Of a stretch of 46,201 nt of DNA, positions 34,813 to 46,201 are shown piece after piece. Origin of the DNA: Burkholderiaceae bacterium (GTDB lineage Bacteria; Pseudomonadota; Gammaproteobacteria; Burkholderiales; Burkholderiaceae_F). The stretch lies in NCBI GenBank assembly GCA_041747615.1, contig JBGTEW010000047.1, forward strand, positions 1 to 46,201, read 5' to 3'. Both the position numbers and the translations under genes were made by a program. The notes under the pieces are model-generated. The model had not been told where the DNA came from and did not search any database. It saw only the letters and a list, made by a program, of their open reading frames with translations. Numbering within the stretch: the first letter of the stretch is position 1; every line of letters begins with the position of its first letter.

Positions 34813-35256
34813 ATGAAGGTTTTCAATCTGTGTTGCGATCAGGAACATCCGTTCGAAGGCTGGTTTGCATCGGGCGACGAATTCGATCGGCAGCTCGCTG
34901 CCGGGCTGATCGAATGCCCGGTGTGTGCGAGCACCGAGGTACAAAAGCTGCTGTCGGCGCCGCGCCTTAACCTCGGAAGTTCGCAGCCGCAGGAGTCTGG
35001 CAAAGAGCCGGTCGCGATGCCGAACGATGACTCGATGCGCGCGATGATGCTGCAGATCGCGCGCCACATTGCCGTGAACAGCGAAGATGTCGGCGAGCGC
35101 TTCCCGGAAGAAGCGCGCCGCATTCACTACGAAGAGGCGCCCAAGAGGTCAATCCGCGGCATGGCGTCCAAGACCGAGGCGGCCGAGCTGAAAGAGGAAG
35201 GGATCGAAGTGATGCCGGTGCCGTTCGGCAACCTGCTCAAGAGCCCGCTTCAGTAG
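34813..35256 (+). CDS. DUF1178 family protein
   Basis: MKVFNLCCDQEHPFEGWFASGDEFDRQLAAGLIECPVCAS... is a typical DUF1178 N-terminus. Confidence 0.75.
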   Translation: MKVFNLCCDQEHPFEGWFASGDEFDRQLAAGLIECPVCASTEVQKLLSAPRLNLGSSQPQESGKEPVAMPNDDSMRAMMLQIARHIAVNSEDVGERFPEEARRIHYEEAPKRSIRGMASKTEAAELKEEGIEVMPVPFGNLLKSPLQ

Positions 35257-35258
35257 CT

Positions 35259-35945
35259 TCAGCGCGGCTGATACTGCTTCGCTCCGAATAGGATCTCTTT
35301 TTGCTTATCGTCGACCGGCTTGCGCCGGTCGGCCAGCACCTGGACGCCGCGCTTGACCGCCGGTCGCGCGTCAATCGACTCGTACCAGCGCTTGACGTTC
35401 GGGTACTCCGCCAGGTCGATACCCTGGTTCGCGTGCGAGCGCGTCCACGGAAAGATCGCCATATCTGCGATTGAGTATTCATAGGCGAAGTACTTCGCTT
35501 CCGCCAGTCGCTTGTTCATCACGCCATACAAACGCTTCGCCTCGTTCGTGTAGCGGTTGATGGCGTATTCGATCTTTTCTGGTGCGTAGATGCGAAAGTG
35601 GTGAGCCTGGCCCAGCATCGGTCCGACAGCCCCCATCTGGAACATCAGCCACTGGAGCGCGATGTACTTTCCGCGAACATCGCTCGGCAGGAATTTGCCG
35701 GTCTTGGCAGCGAGGTACAGCAGGATCGCGCCGGATTCGAAGATCGAAATGGGCTTGCCGTCAGGGCCGTCGGAGTCGACGATCGCCGGCATCTTGTTAT
35801 TAGGGCTGATCTTCAAGAACTCCGGCTTGAACTGATCGCCGGCGCCGATATCGATTGCGTGAACCGCATACGGCAGCCCGCACTCCTCCAGCATGATGTG
35901 AACCTTGTGGCCATTCGGTGTGGGCCATGTGTAGACATCGATCAT
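35259..35945 (-). CDS. yfcG: Nu-class glutathione S-transferase / disulfide reductase
   Basis: [26 protein letters not shown]...[19 protein letters not shown]...[13 protein letters not shown] is collinear with E. coli YfcG as I recall it. Confidence 0.85.
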   Translation of the reverse strand: MIDVYTWPTPNGHKVHIMLEECGLPYAVHAIDIGAGDQFKPEFLKISPNNKMPAIVDSDGPDGKPISIFESGAILLYLAAKTGKFLPSDVRGKYIALQWLMFQMGAVGPMLGQAHHFRIYAPEKIEYAINRYTNEAKRLYGVMNKRLAEAKYFAYEYSIADMAIFPWTRSHANQGIDLAEYPNVKRWYESIDARPAVKRGVQVLADRRKPVDDKQKEILFGAKQYQPR

Positions 35946-37165
35946 CTTGCACCTCCTGATTTACCGATTTCAATTTTTGCGATGGCGTTGCGGTGGACTT
36001 CGTCAGGGCCATCCGCCAGGCGCAGGGTCCGTGCGTGCGCGTACGCATACGCCAGCGGAAAGTCGTCGCATACGCCACCGCCGCCATGCGCCTGGATTGC
36101 CCAGTCGAGCACGTCGCACGCCACGTTCGGTGCCACAACCTTGATCATCGCGATCTCGGCCCGAGCAGCCTTGTTGCCGACGGTGTCCATCATCCAGGCC
36201 GCCTTCAATGTCAGCAATCGGGCCTGGTCAATTCGGTAGCGCGCTTCGGCAATGCGCTCGTGCCACACCGACTGGCGGACGATCGGTGTGCCGAACGCAG
36301 TCCGGCTCGACAGCCGCTGGCACATCAGCTCCAGTGCGCGCTCGGCAAGGCCGATCGAACGCATGCAGTGATGGATGCGACCGGGGCCGAGCCGCCCCTG
36401 TGCGATCTCGAAACCGCGCCCTTCGCCCAGCAGCAGATTGGTTGCGGGCACGCGCACGTCTTTGAAGGCGATCTCCATGTGGCCGTGTGGTGCGTCGTCG
36501 TATCCAAAAACACTTAGCGCGCGCAAAACCCTGACACCCGGCGCGTCGGACGGCACCAGGATCATCGACTGCTGCGAATACTTCGGCGCGCTCGGGTCCG
36601 TCTTGCCCATCACGATGTAGATCCGGCAACGCGGATCGCCCGCGCCCGAGATCCACCACTTGCGGCCGTTGATCACATAATCATCGCCATCGCGCACGAT
36701 CGAAGTCTGGATGTTGGTCGCGTCGCTCGACGCCACCGCCGGCTCGGTCATCACGAACGCCGAACGAATCTCGCCGGCCAGCAGCGGCTTCAGCCACCGC
36801 TCCTTGTGCGCATCGCTGCCATAACGCTCGATCGTCTCCATGTTTCCGGTATCGGGCGCGGAGCAGTTGAACACCTCGGGTGCCCACGGCACGCGCCCCA
36901 TCAATTCGGCGAGCGGTGCGTATTCGACATTGGTCAGTCCCGCGCCACGCGGCGATTGCGGCAGGAACAGATTCCACAATCCCTCGGCTTGCGCCAGCGG
37001 CTTCAGCTCGTCGATCAGCGCCGTCGGAGTCCAGCGTGCGCCGCGCTGCGTGTTGTGCTCGATCTCGCTTCGAAAACGCTGCTCGTTGGGGTAGATGTGC
37101 TGCTGCATGAACGCATCGACGCGCGCGCGCAGATCGTAAACCTTGGGTGAGTAATCGAACTGCAT
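35942..37165 (-). CDS. acyl-CoA dehydrogenase, ACAD10/11-type
   Basis: ATG 37165 ([20 protein letters not shown]...). The track extension to 37771 has no support. The stop overlaps the yfcG start (ATGA). ACAD motifs run throughout ([20 protein letters not shown]). Confidence 0.85.
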   Translation of the reverse strand: MQFDYSPKVYDLRARVDAFMQQHIYPNEQRFRSEIEHNTQRGARWTPTALIDELKPLAQAEGLWNLFLPQSPRGAGLTNVEYAPLAELMGRVPWAPEVFNCSAPDTGNMETIERYGSDAHKERWLKPLLAGEIRSAFVMTEPAVASSDATNIQTSIVRDGDDYVINGRKWWISGAGDPRCRIYIVMGKTDPSAPKYSQQSMILVPSDAPGVRVLRALSVFGYDDAPHGHMEIAFKDVRVPATNLLLGEGRGFEIAQGRLGPGRIHHCMRSIGLAERALELMCQRLSSRTAFGTPIVRQSVWHERIAEARYRIDQARLLTLKAAWMMDTVGNKAARAEIAMIKVVAPNVACDVLDWAIQAHGGGGVCDDFPLAYAYAHARTLRLADGPDEVHRNAIAKIEIGKSGGAR

Positions 37166-37222
37166 GCGCGCAGGATAGCTCAGCCCTTTGTGACCATCGG
37201 CGGGCGCGCTAAAGTGCGCTCG

Positions 37223-38197
37223 ATGAAAGCGATCCAGTGCGTGGAGTGGGGCGAGCCTGGCAAGCTGGTACTGGCCGATCTGCCGTTGCCCGAGCCGGGT
37301 CCGGGACAGGTGCGCATTCGCATCGCGGCGGCCGGCGTCAACTTTCCCGATGCCCTGATCGTGCAGAAGAAGTATCAGCTTCAGCCCAGGCTGCCGTTCG
37401 TGCCGGGAACAGAGGTCGCCGGAACGATCGACGCGGTCGGAAGCGATGTGCAGCAGCTGAAGACCGGTGATCGGGTGATCGCGTTCGTCGGCATAGGAGG
37501 CTTTGCCGAATACGTCTGCACTCCCGCTGCTCTGGTGGTTCCTATCCCGGAGGGTGTCAGCGACGAAGTGGCGGCCGCATTCACGCTGACCTACGCGACA
37601 TCGCATCACGCACTGTTCGATAGAGGGCAACTGAAAGCCGGCGAGACGCTGTTGGTGCTCGGCGCCGGTGGCGGGGTTGGGCTGGCGGCAGTCGAGCTTG
37701 GGAAGGTCGCGGGCGCGTCCGTAATTGCGGCCGCGTCGAGTGCGGAGAAGCTCGCAGCGGCGAAGCAGCACGGAGCTGATGAGTTGATCGATTACGCGGC
37801 GACCGATCTGCGAGAGGCGGTCAAGGCTCTAACTGATGGCAATGGTGCCGACGTCATTTACGACCCGGTGGGCGGTCCGACCACCGGGGCGGCCGTGCGT
37901 TCACTTGCCTGGCGGGGGAGACTCCTTGTTGTCGGCTTCGCGCAAGGTGAGATTCCGCAGATCCCGGCTAATTTGTTGTTGTTGAAAGGCGCCTCGGCGG
38001 TGGGTGTCTTTTGGGGCGAGTTCGCCAAGCGCGAGCCGAAGAGCAATTTCGCGATGATGAAAGAACTGTTCGCATGGCTCGCACAGGGAAAGATCAAGCC
38101 GCATGTGTCCCGAATTTATCCGTTGGCCGACACGCCGCGTGCGCTCGAAGCACTGCTGGCTCGCAATGTCGTGGGCAAGCTGGTCGTCCGGCCGTAG
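37223..38197 (+). CDS. NADPH:quinone-oxidoreductase-like MDR-family dehydrogenase
   Basis: [43 protein letters not shown]...[18 protein letters not shown]. Confidence 0.85.
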   Translation: MKAIQCVEWGEPGKLVLADLPLPEPGPGQVRIRIAAAGVNFPDALIVQKKYQLQPRLPFVPGTEVAGTIDAVGSDVQQLKTGDRVIAFVGIGGFAEYVCTPAALVVPIPEGVSDEVAAAFTLTYATSHHALFDRGQLKAGETLLVLGAGGGVGLAAVELGKVAGASVIAAASSAEKLAAAKQHGADELIDYAATDLREAVKALTDGNGADVIYDPVGGPTTGAAVRSLAWRGRLLVVGFAQGEIPQIPANLLLLKGASAVGVFWGEFAKREPKSNFAMMKELFAWLAQGKIKPHVSRIYPLADTPRALEALLARNVVGKLVVRP

Positions 38198-38211
38198 ATA
38201 GCGGAAAACAG

Positions 38212-38769
38212 ATGCGCTTACTGGCTGGCGCCCTGTTGCTTGCGTGGCTGGCGGCGGCTTCTGCAGCCGAGCGCAGCATCGACAAATCGATCGTCGTACC
38301 CGCCACACTCGATCAGACCTGGGACGCCTGGACCACGCGCGAGGGAATCGTCAGCTTCTTCGCGCCCGATGCGAAGATCGAGCCGAAAGTCGGCGGCGCA
38401 TTTCATATCTACATCAACCCGCTGGCCGAGCCTGGACAGAAAGGTGCGGATGACATGCGCTTCATGGCGCTGCAACCGAAGCAGATGCTGTCGTTCGACT
38501 GGAACGCACCGCCGCACCTGCCAGCGGCGCGGCAGCAGCGAACCTTCGTCGTGCTTCGATTTGCTCCAGTCAGCGAAAAGGAAACGCGTGTGAGCCTGCA
38601 TCACACCGGCTGGGGCGAGGGCGGCGAGTGGGACAAGACGTACGCGTACTTCGATCGCGCGTGGGACGGTGTATTGGCGAATCTGAAGAAGCGATTCGAG
38701 AGCGGCCCGCAGGACTGGACGGAATGGATGAACATGCTGCGCAAGATGCAGGAACAGCAGAAGAAGTAG
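38212..38769 (+). CDS. SRPBCC/AHSA1-domain protein with signal peptide
   Basis: ATG 38212 (MRLLAGALLLAWLAAASAAE). AHSA1-like body (VPATLDQTWDAWTTREG...HHTGWGEG). Confidence 0.7.
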   Translation: MRLLAGALLLAWLAAASAAERSIDKSIVVPATLDQTWDAWTTREGIVSFFAPDAKIEPKVGGAFHIYINPLAEPGQKGADDMRFMALQPKQMLSFDWNAPPHLPAARQQRTFVVLRFAPVSEKETRVSLHHTGWGEGGEWDKTYAYFDRAWDGVLANLKKRFESGPQDWTEWMNMLRKMQEQQKK

Positions 38770-39039
38770 ATGCCGCACCTTGAGTTCGCGCCCGCGCTGC
38801 AGCGGCATGCAACGGCGCCACCGGTGTCGGCGAGTGTCGAGTCGCTACGATCGCTGCTGGCCGCTGCCTTCGTGCAGCAGCCCGCCCTGCGCGACTATGT
38901 GCTCGACGACCAGGGATGTGTGCGCAAGCATGTGGCGGTGTTCATCAACGGGCGCCTTCTGCACGATCGCAAGGGGCTCGATGTACCGCTGGCAGCGGGC
39001 GATCGGATCTACGTAGCGCAGGCTTTGTCAGGAGGCTGA
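38770..39039 (+). CDS. MoaD/ThiS-family ubiquitin-like small protein
   Basis: 89 aa ending ...GDRIYVAQALSGG*, a beta-grasp with a C-terminal Gly-Gly. The start immediately follows the upstream stop. Confidence 0.7.
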   Translation: MPHLEFAPALQRHATAPPVSASVESLRSLLAAAFVQQPALRDYVLDDQGCVRKHVAVFINGRLLHDRKGLDVPLAAGDRIYVAQALSGG

Positions 39040-39042
39040 GAA

Positions 39043-40122
39043 GTGAAATTGTCGGTGGCAACACGCAAGGGTCTGTTCGAGCTTTCGCAAGGCGGTCGCG
39101 GATGGAGCGTCGAGGCCGTGCATTTTGTCGGCGAACCGGTCACGGCGGCGCTGCGGGATCGCGCCAGCGGCCGCACGATCGCCGCGTTGAGAATGGGGCA
39201 TTTCGGAGTCAAGCTGCGTGTCTCCGATGATCGTGGCAAGGCATGGGAGGAAGTGACATCGCCGGCGTATCCGCCGAAGCCCGAGGGCATCGAAGACACC
39301 AACCCGTGGACGCTGGACCAGGTCTGGATCCTGGAAGGGTTTCATCGAAAACAGCCGCAGCGGGTATGGGCCGGCACCAATCCCGGCGGACTGTTTCGTT
39401 CGGACGACGGCGGTCGTTCGTGGAGCCTGGTCGAAAGTCTGTGGAACATGCCGGCGCGCAAGCAATGGTTCGGCGGCGGCTACGACATTCCGGGAATCCA
39501 CTCGATCTGCGTGCACCCTGACGACCCCGATGACATCGTCGTCGGCGTGTCGTGCGGCGGCGCCTGGCGCACGCGTGACGGCGGCGCCACCTGGACCGCT
39601 GGCAAGGGGATGCGGGCGACATTCATGCCGCCGGAAGAGCAGATGAACCCGGCGACCCAGGATCCGCATCGGATCGTTCAATGCGATGCGGCGCCGGACG
39701 TATTGTGGACGCAGCATCACTGCGGGATCTGGAAGTCGATCGATCGCGGCGCGAACTGGAACGAAGTCACGACCGCGCGCCCGAGCAACTTCGGCTTCGC
39801 AGTCGCAGTTCATCCGCGACAGGCCGACACGGCATGGTTCATGCCGCTGGTCAGCGATGAGAAGCGCGTTCCGGTCGACGGCAAGGTCGTCGCTTCGCGC
39901 ACGCGCGACGGCGGCGTCACTTTCGACGTGCTGGATACTGGACTGCCGCAGCGCGATGCGTATGACGTGGTTTACCGTCACGGCCTCGACATTGATGCGG
40001 ACGGGACGCGACTGGCTGCCGGCTCCACGACTGGATCGCTGTGGACATCGCAGGATGGCGGCGAGTCGTGGCAGACGGTGGGCGTCAATTTGCCGCCAAT
40101 CTACGCCGTGCGCTTTATTTGA
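39043..40122 (+). CDS. BNR/Asp-box beta-propeller protein (sialidase-like / Ycf48-like)
   Basis: Six SxDxGxxW-type boxes: SDDRGKAW, SDDGGRSW, TRDGGATW, SIDRGANW, TRDGGVTF, SQDGGESW. GTG start 3 nt after the MoaD-like stop. Confidence 0.8.
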   Translation: MKLSVATRKGLFELSQGGRGWSVEAVHFVGEPVTAALRDRASGRTIAALRMGHFGVKLRVSDDRGKAWEEVTSPAYPPKPEGIEDTNPWTLDQVWILEGFHRKQPQRVWAGTNPGGLFRSDDGGRSWSLVESLWNMPARKQWFGGGYDIPGIHSICVHPDDPDDIVVGVSCGGAWRTRDGGATWTAGKGMRATFMPPEEQMNPATQDPHRIVQCDAAPDVLWTQHHCGIWKSIDRGANWNEVTTARPSNFGFAVAVHPRQADTAWFMPLVSDEKRVPVDGKVVASRTRDGGVTFDVLDTGLPQRDAYDVVYRHGLDIDADGTRLAAGSTTGSLWTSQDGGESWQTVGVNLPPIYAVRFI

Positions 40123-40212
40123 TTGCCTGTTATACGCGCCGAATGGCGCGAGTGTAGGATCAGTATCTGCCTTGCCGCTTGGAGATGACGCGGCCGCACC
40201 GAGGAGACAACG

Positions 40213-41556
40213 ATGGGCCATGCCGAAACAAAATTCCAGGACGCACTTTCGACCAGAACGTTGTCGATGGACGAGTACTGGATGCCGTTCACGCCGAACC
40301 GCGATTTCAGGCAAGAGCCGAAAATGGTCGTGCGTGCCGAAGGCATGTACGTATGGAACTCTAGTGGCGAGCGTCTGATCGACGCGTCATCCGGCCTGTT
40401 CTGCGTCAACGCAGGGCACTGCCGTGAGGAGATCGCGCAGGCCGTCGGCGCGCAGCTTCGCGAGCTCGACTTCATTGCGCCGTTCACGCGCGGGCACCCA
40501 AAGCAGTTCGAACTGGCGAGCCGGGTGGCGGCAATGACGCCCGGGGATCTGAACCGCATCTTCTTCACCAACTCGGGCTCCGAATCGGTGGACACGGCGA
40601 TGAAGGTCGCGCTTGCCTACTGGCAGGCGAACGGCCAGGGCGGCCGCACGATGTTCATCTCGCGCGAGCGCGCGTACCACGGCGTCAACTTCGGCGGTGT
40701 TTCGCTGGCCGGGATGGCGAACAACCGGCGCAAGTTCGGACCGACGCTGCCCGGCATTGCCCATATGCGGCACACGCATATCAAGGAGAATTTCTTCCAG
40801 CCCGGCGAGGGCACACACGGCGTCGAGCTCGCCGAGGATCTGGTGCGCCTGGTCAATCTGTACGGCGCCGAAAATATCGCTGCGTGTTTCGTCGAGCCGA
40901 TCGCGGGTTCAACCGGGTGCCTCGTTCCTCCGAAGGGCTATCTGAAACGGCTGCGCGAGATTTGCGATGCGAACGGCATCCTGCTCGTGTTCGACGAAGT
41001 GATCACAGGGTTCGGACGTACCGGGCAGAACTTCGCCGCGCAAAGCTTCGGTGTGACGCCGGATCTGATGACGATGGCGAAGGGCATCACCAACGGCGCG
41101 CAGCCGATGGGCGCGGTCGCCGTCAGCGAGCGCATTCATGACGCGATCTTCAACACGGCGCCCGAAGGTGGCATCGAGTTCTTCCACGGATACACCTACT
41201 CCGGACACCCGGCAGCGTGTGCCGCCGGCCTGGCCACGCTCGATATCTACGAGCGCGACGGACTGTTCGAGCAAGGGCGTCAGCTAGCGCCGTATTTTCT
41301 CGAGGGTCTGTTCTCGCTGGGAGACGAGCCGGCAGTGGCTGACATCCGCGGTTACGGCATGATGGGAGCGATCGACGTACATACCGAAGGCGCGCCGGGC
41401 AAGCGCGGGCACCTGCTGCAGAAGAAGCTGTTCGACAACGGACTGCATCTGAAGGCGACCGGCGACTCGGCGATCGTCGCACCGCCGCTGATCGCAGAGC
41501 GTGCGCATATCGACAGCATCGTGGAAATCCTGCGCCGGACGCTGAAATCGGTGTAG
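40213..41556 (+). CDS. class-III aminotransferase (omega-amino acid / beta-alanine:pyruvate type)
   Basis: GGAGA SD 6 nt upstream. YWMPFTPNRDF..., ...FDEVITGFGRTG..., ...TMAKGITNG (PLP Lys). Confidence 0.85.
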   Translation: MGHAETKFQDALSTRTLSMDEYWMPFTPNRDFRQEPKMVVRAEGMYVWNSSGERLIDASSGLFCVNAGHCREEIAQAVGAQLRELDFIAPFTRGHPKQFELASRVAAMTPGDLNRIFFTNSGSESVDTAMKVALAYWQANGQGGRTMFISRERAYHGVNFGGVSLAGMANNRRKFGPTLPGIAHMRHTHIKENFFQPGEGTHGVELAEDLVRLVNLYGAENIAACFVEPIAGSTGCLVPPKGYLKRLREICDANGILLVFDEVITGFGRTGQNFAAQSFGVTPDLMTMAKGITNGAQPMGAVAVSERIHDAIFNTAPEGGIEFFHGYTYSGHPAACAAGLATLDIYERDGLFEQGRQLAPYFLEGLFSLGDEPAVADIRGYGMMGAIDVHTEGAPGKRGHLLQKKLFDNGLHLKATGDSAIVAPPLIAERAHIDSIVEILRRTLKSV

Positions 41557-41557
41557 T

Positions 41558-41577
41558 GCCGCGCGGGAACGCGTGGC
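41558..41577. terminator. hairpin between convergent genes (possible bidirectional terminator)
   Basis: GCCGCGCGggaaCGCGTGGC forms an 8-bp stem including one G-T pair. It fills the 23-nt gap between the aminotransferase and phosphotransferase stops. There is no U-tract. Confidence 0.35.
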
Positions 41578-41579
41578 GG

Positions 41580-42620
41580 TCACGCCTGCTGCGCGGTCTT
41601 CCAGCCAAGCTCCGCCAACGCTTTTGCCCTCGCACCGGATTGCGCCGCGTTGTCCGATGACGCAATCCCTTCGGTCGAGCGCTTGTACACGCCCTGCAGA
41701 ATCGCGGCGATCCGGAACAGGTTGTAGGCGAGATAGAAGTTCCAGTGACCGATCCCGCGGCCGGTGCGCTGCGTGTAGCGCTCGATGTACGCAGCCTCGG
41801 TCGGAATGCCGAGCGCATTAAGGTCGAGTCCGGCAATGCCGCGGAACGCCCCGGGTGCAATGTGCCAGCTCATGCAGTGATACGAGAAATCCGCCAGCGG
41901 ATGGCCCAGCGTCGATAGTTCCCAATCCAGCACCGCGACAATACGCGGCTCGGTCGGATCAAAGATCAGGTTGTCCATCCGGTAATCACCGTGTACGACG
42001 GTGGTCTCCTCGCCGGGCGGGATGTGCTGCGGAAGCCACTCGATCAGGCGGTTCATCGCGTCGACCGACTCGGTCTCCGACGCCCGGTACTGCTTGCTCC
42101 AGCGCCCGATCTGGCGCTCGAAATAGTTGCCGGCCTTGCCGAAGCCGCCCAGGCCGGCCCGCTCGACATCGACCGAGTGCAACTGCGCGATCACACGATT
42201 CATCTCGTCGTAGATCGCGGTGCGTGCGGCGGGCGCGATGTCGGGAAGCGATTGCTCCCAGAAGATGCGGCCCTCGACATGCTCCATCACGAAAAAGGCA
42301 CGACCGATCACGGCTTCATCTTCGACCAGCAACAGCATGCGCGGCAGCGGTACCCCGTGCGATGAGAGTGCACGCATCACACGGAACTCGCGCTCGATCG
42401 CATGCGCCGACGGCAGCAGTTTGGCAACCGGCCCCGGCTTGCTCCGCAACACGTACTTTGCGTTCGGAGTAGTCAGCAGGTAAGTGGGGTTCGACTGGCC
42501 GCCCTGGAACTGCTTGACGTCGAGCGGTTGGCGAATGTCCGGCAGGTGGTCCTGCAGGTACGCGGCGAGCCGTGCGCGGTCAAAGTCGTGCCGCGCCGTC
42601 ACCTCGCCAAGTTGATTCAC
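41580..42620 (-). CDS. APH-like phosphotransferase, ACAD10/11 kinase-domain type
   Basis: VKQFQGGQSNPTYLL..., HGDYRMDNLIF and VLDWELS are the APH catalytic and Mg loops. Confidence 0.8.
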   Translation of the reverse strand: MNQLGEVTARHDFDRARLAAYLQDHLPDIRQPLDVKQFQGGQSNPTYLLTTPNAKYVLRSKPGPVAKLLPSAHAIEREFRVMRALSSHGVPLPRMLLLVEDEAVIGRAFFVMEHVEGRIFWEQSLPDIAPAARTAIYDEMNRVIAQLHSVDVERAGLGGFGKAGNYFERQIGRWSKQYRASETESVDAMNRLIEWLPQHIPPGEETTVVHGDYRMDNLIFDPTEPRIVAVLDWELSTLGHPLADFSYHCMSWHIAPGAFRGIAGLDLNALGIPTEAAYIERYTQRTGRGIGHWNFYLAYNLFRIAAILQGVYKRSTEGIASSDNAAQSGARAKALAELGWKTAQQA

Positions 42621-43800
42621 TTGACGACGCCCTGCTCAGTCATGCGCTGCACGTGCTCGGCCGAGTAGCCCAGTTCGGCCAGTAGCGCGAACGTGTGCTC
42701 GCCGGCAGCCGGTGCCGATCGCGACTTCCATGGCTGCGACCCAATCTGCGCAAGTGGGCCGACTTCGGTGACGCCGCGCTCCTGGTGCACGAGTTCACGC
42801 GCCAGATGATGCGGATGAGCCAGCGCTTCGGCAGGCGTCAGCACCGGCGTGACGCAGGCATCGACAGTGTCGAAGATTTGCAGCCAGTCCACCAGTGTTC
42901 GTCCCGCAATGTGCTTCGAAACGAGGTCGATCGTTGCCATTGCCGGTGCCGAGCCCGGCGCTTCGCCCAGCTCCCAATGACGCGACCTCAGCTCACCCAA
43001 GCCGGCCGCGTCGCAGAAAGCCTGCCAGAACTTTAGTTCGAGTGCGCCGAGCGCCAGATGCTGCCGGTCCGATGTCTGATAGATCTGATAGCAGGCGACG
43101 CCACCAGTCAGCAGCGTGCGGCCCGCGACCGGTGCGACGCCGCTGTCGATGCTCGCATGCGGAAAAAAATGGTGCGCCAGCAAGCCGTCGGTCATTGCAA
43201 CGTCGACATACGCGCCCTGACCGGTGCGCTGAGCGCCGACCAGTGCGATCAACAGCATCGATAGCGCCGACAACGTTCCGCCGAGCAGATCGCCGATCTG
43301 CAGATTGGGAATCGCATGCGTGCCGTCGGCGCGAATCTGATCAAGCACGCCGGTCATCGCGATGTAGTTCAGGTCGTGACCTGCGCGCTGCGACAGGGGG
43401 CCGGTCTGGCCGTAGCCCGACAGTGAGCACAAGACCAGGCGCGGATTGCGGGCGTGCAGCGCATCCCAACCCAGGGCAAGCCGGTCCAGTACACCCGGGC
43501 GAAAGCCTTCGATTAGTGCATCGGCGCGATCGACCAAGCGCAGCAGAATCTCCCTGCCTTCACTGGACTTCAGATCGATCGCGATCGAACGCTTGCCGCG
43601 ATTGACCGCTTCGAATGCGGCGTTGACGGCGCGTCCGCCATTCACTCCCGCGGTCGGTGGAAAGCCGCGCATGTAATCCCCCGCGCCGGTGTCCTCCACC
43701 TTGATCACATCGGCACCGAAATCGACCAGATGCATTGTCGCCGCAGGCCCCGGCAGCAGCCGCGTCATGTCGATGATCGTCAGGCCGGCAAGCGGCGCTC

Positions 43801-43804
<4 letters not shown>
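42617..43804 (-). CDS. family-III CoA-transferase / alpha-methylacyl-CoA-racemase-like
   Basis: LAGLTIIDMTRLLPGPAATMHLVDFGADVIKVEDTGAGDYMR. Both ends have 4-nt overlaps with the neighbouring genes. Confidence 0.85.
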
Positions 43805-45714
<1,910 letters not shown>

Positions 45715-45781
45715 GGTGATCAGTGATCGGTGATCGGTAAAAACACGGCATGCTGAACTGATCACCGATCACTTGATCACC
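45715..45781 (-). promoter_or_regulatory. long GATC-rich hairpin abutting the ABC-F start codon
   Basis: Left arm GGTGATCAGTGATCGGTGATC (45715..45735) pairs with right arm GATCACCGATCACTTGATCACC (45760..45781) as 21 bp with one bulge and a 24-nt loop. It spans the whole prmB-stop to ABC-F-ATG interval. Confidence 0.45.
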
Positions 45782-45783
45782 GG

Positions 45784-46201
45784 TCACGGCAATTCCTCCT
45801 GTCGGGCAAGAAAGACCATGTCGTCACCTGCGCTGGTTGTCAACCATGTCAAAGGCAAATCACCGAACGCCTTCTCGGCCGCTGATCGGCCGTCGCCGAC
45901 CTCAACGATCAACACTCCGCCGCGATTCAGGTGGCCGCGGGCCTGGCGTACGACCGTCTTGACCAGCTTCATGCCGTCGGATCCGCCGGCGAGTGCCGCT
46001 TTCGGCTCGTGCAGATACTCCTTCGGCAGTTTCGCCATGGCAGCATCGGTTACATAGGGTGGGTTGCACACAATCACGTCGTAGCGCTTGTTCGCCACCG
46101 CGGCGAACAGATCGGACTTGATCAGCTTGATACGGTCTTCGAAGTGATAATCGCCGACATTTCGCGCCGCCACCTGCAGCGCTTCGGCGGAAGAGTCGAC
46201 C
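45784..46201 (-). CDS. prmB: 50S ribosomal protein L3 glutamine N5-methyltransferase, N-terminus off window
   Basis: ...RYDVIVCNPPYV...LPKEYLHEPKAALAGGSDGMKLV...LIVEVG... carries the NPPY motif and PrmB/PrmC-type sequence. The frame is still open at 46201. Confidence 0.8.
   Translation of the reverse strand, partial: VDSSAEALQVAARNVGDYHFEDRIKLIKSDLFAAVANKRYDVIVCNPPYVTDAAMAKLPKEYLHEPKAALAGGSDGMKLVKTVVRQARGHLNRGGVLIVEVGDGRSAAEKAFGDLPLTWLTTSAGDDMVFLARQEELP

Noticed and set aside
37166-37771. N-terminal 200-aa extension of the ACAD ORF (track 35942..37771), and comparable upstream extensions of many track ORFs (24086, 26529, 27247, 30793, 31257, 38011, 34070, 34771, 45765).
   Set aside because: The extensions overlap neighbouring genes, tRNAs or promoters and have shadow-ORF composition. 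Internal ATG/GTG codons give canonical family N-termini, often with an SD sequence or an ATGA/TGATG coupling to the upstream gene.

Overview
This is a 46.2-kb, high-GC chromosomal segment of proteobacterial type. The gene content (prmB, a YheS-like ABC-F ATPase, yfcG, DUF1178, a Gly/Cys/Leu tRNA cluster, a PEP-CTERM protein) suggests a betaproteobacterium, but that is a low-confidence guess. All calls come from reading the sequence and ORF translations and from remembered family motifs; no searches were run.

Layout:
- **1-5.3 kb, accessory patch.** It holds a BrnA-like antitoxin gene coupled to a small membrane protein, and three small genes each preceded by the same 45-nt hairpin repeat, ending at a truncated HAD gene. 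It also holds a CadR/CDF/DsbB/DsbA/DUF3703 metal module in which dsbB and dsbA are broken, and a MITE-like palindrome.
- **5.4-14.8 kb.** A Tat-signal family-5 solute-binding protein plus a fragment of a second one, a 992-aa cyclase-STAND-TPR protein, a secreted M3 peptidase, an alpha/beta hydrolase and a PEP-CTERM protein.
- **14.8-22.1 kb, lower-GC island.** It contains three diverged copies of a structured ~90-nt repeat, a pyrophosphatase-like gene and a 763-aa TPR protein with a TIR/NDT-like middle domain. This pair is my best candidate for an undescribed conflict module. The island also has a frameshifted unknown gene coupled to a small ORF, 600 nt of non-coding DNA and a frameshifted GMC oxidoreductase.
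- **22.1-33.7 kb.** An EEP nuclease/phosphatase gene, then an IclR-controlled cluster: amino-acid ABC transporter, racemase-like enzyme, CoA-transferase, thiolase-like/DUF35 pair, threonine aldolase and MFS transporter.
- **33.9-34.6 kb, rearranged tRNA cluster.** A degenerate tRNA-Gly, tRNA-Cys, an ORF, and an inverted tRNA-Leu.
- **34.8-46.2 kb, core-like metabolic genes.** These include separate homologues of both halves of ACAD10/11, a MoaD-like/BNR pair, and a YheS-like ABC-F gene behind a long GATC-rich hairpin.

No rRNA, CRISPR array, transposase or integrase was seen.
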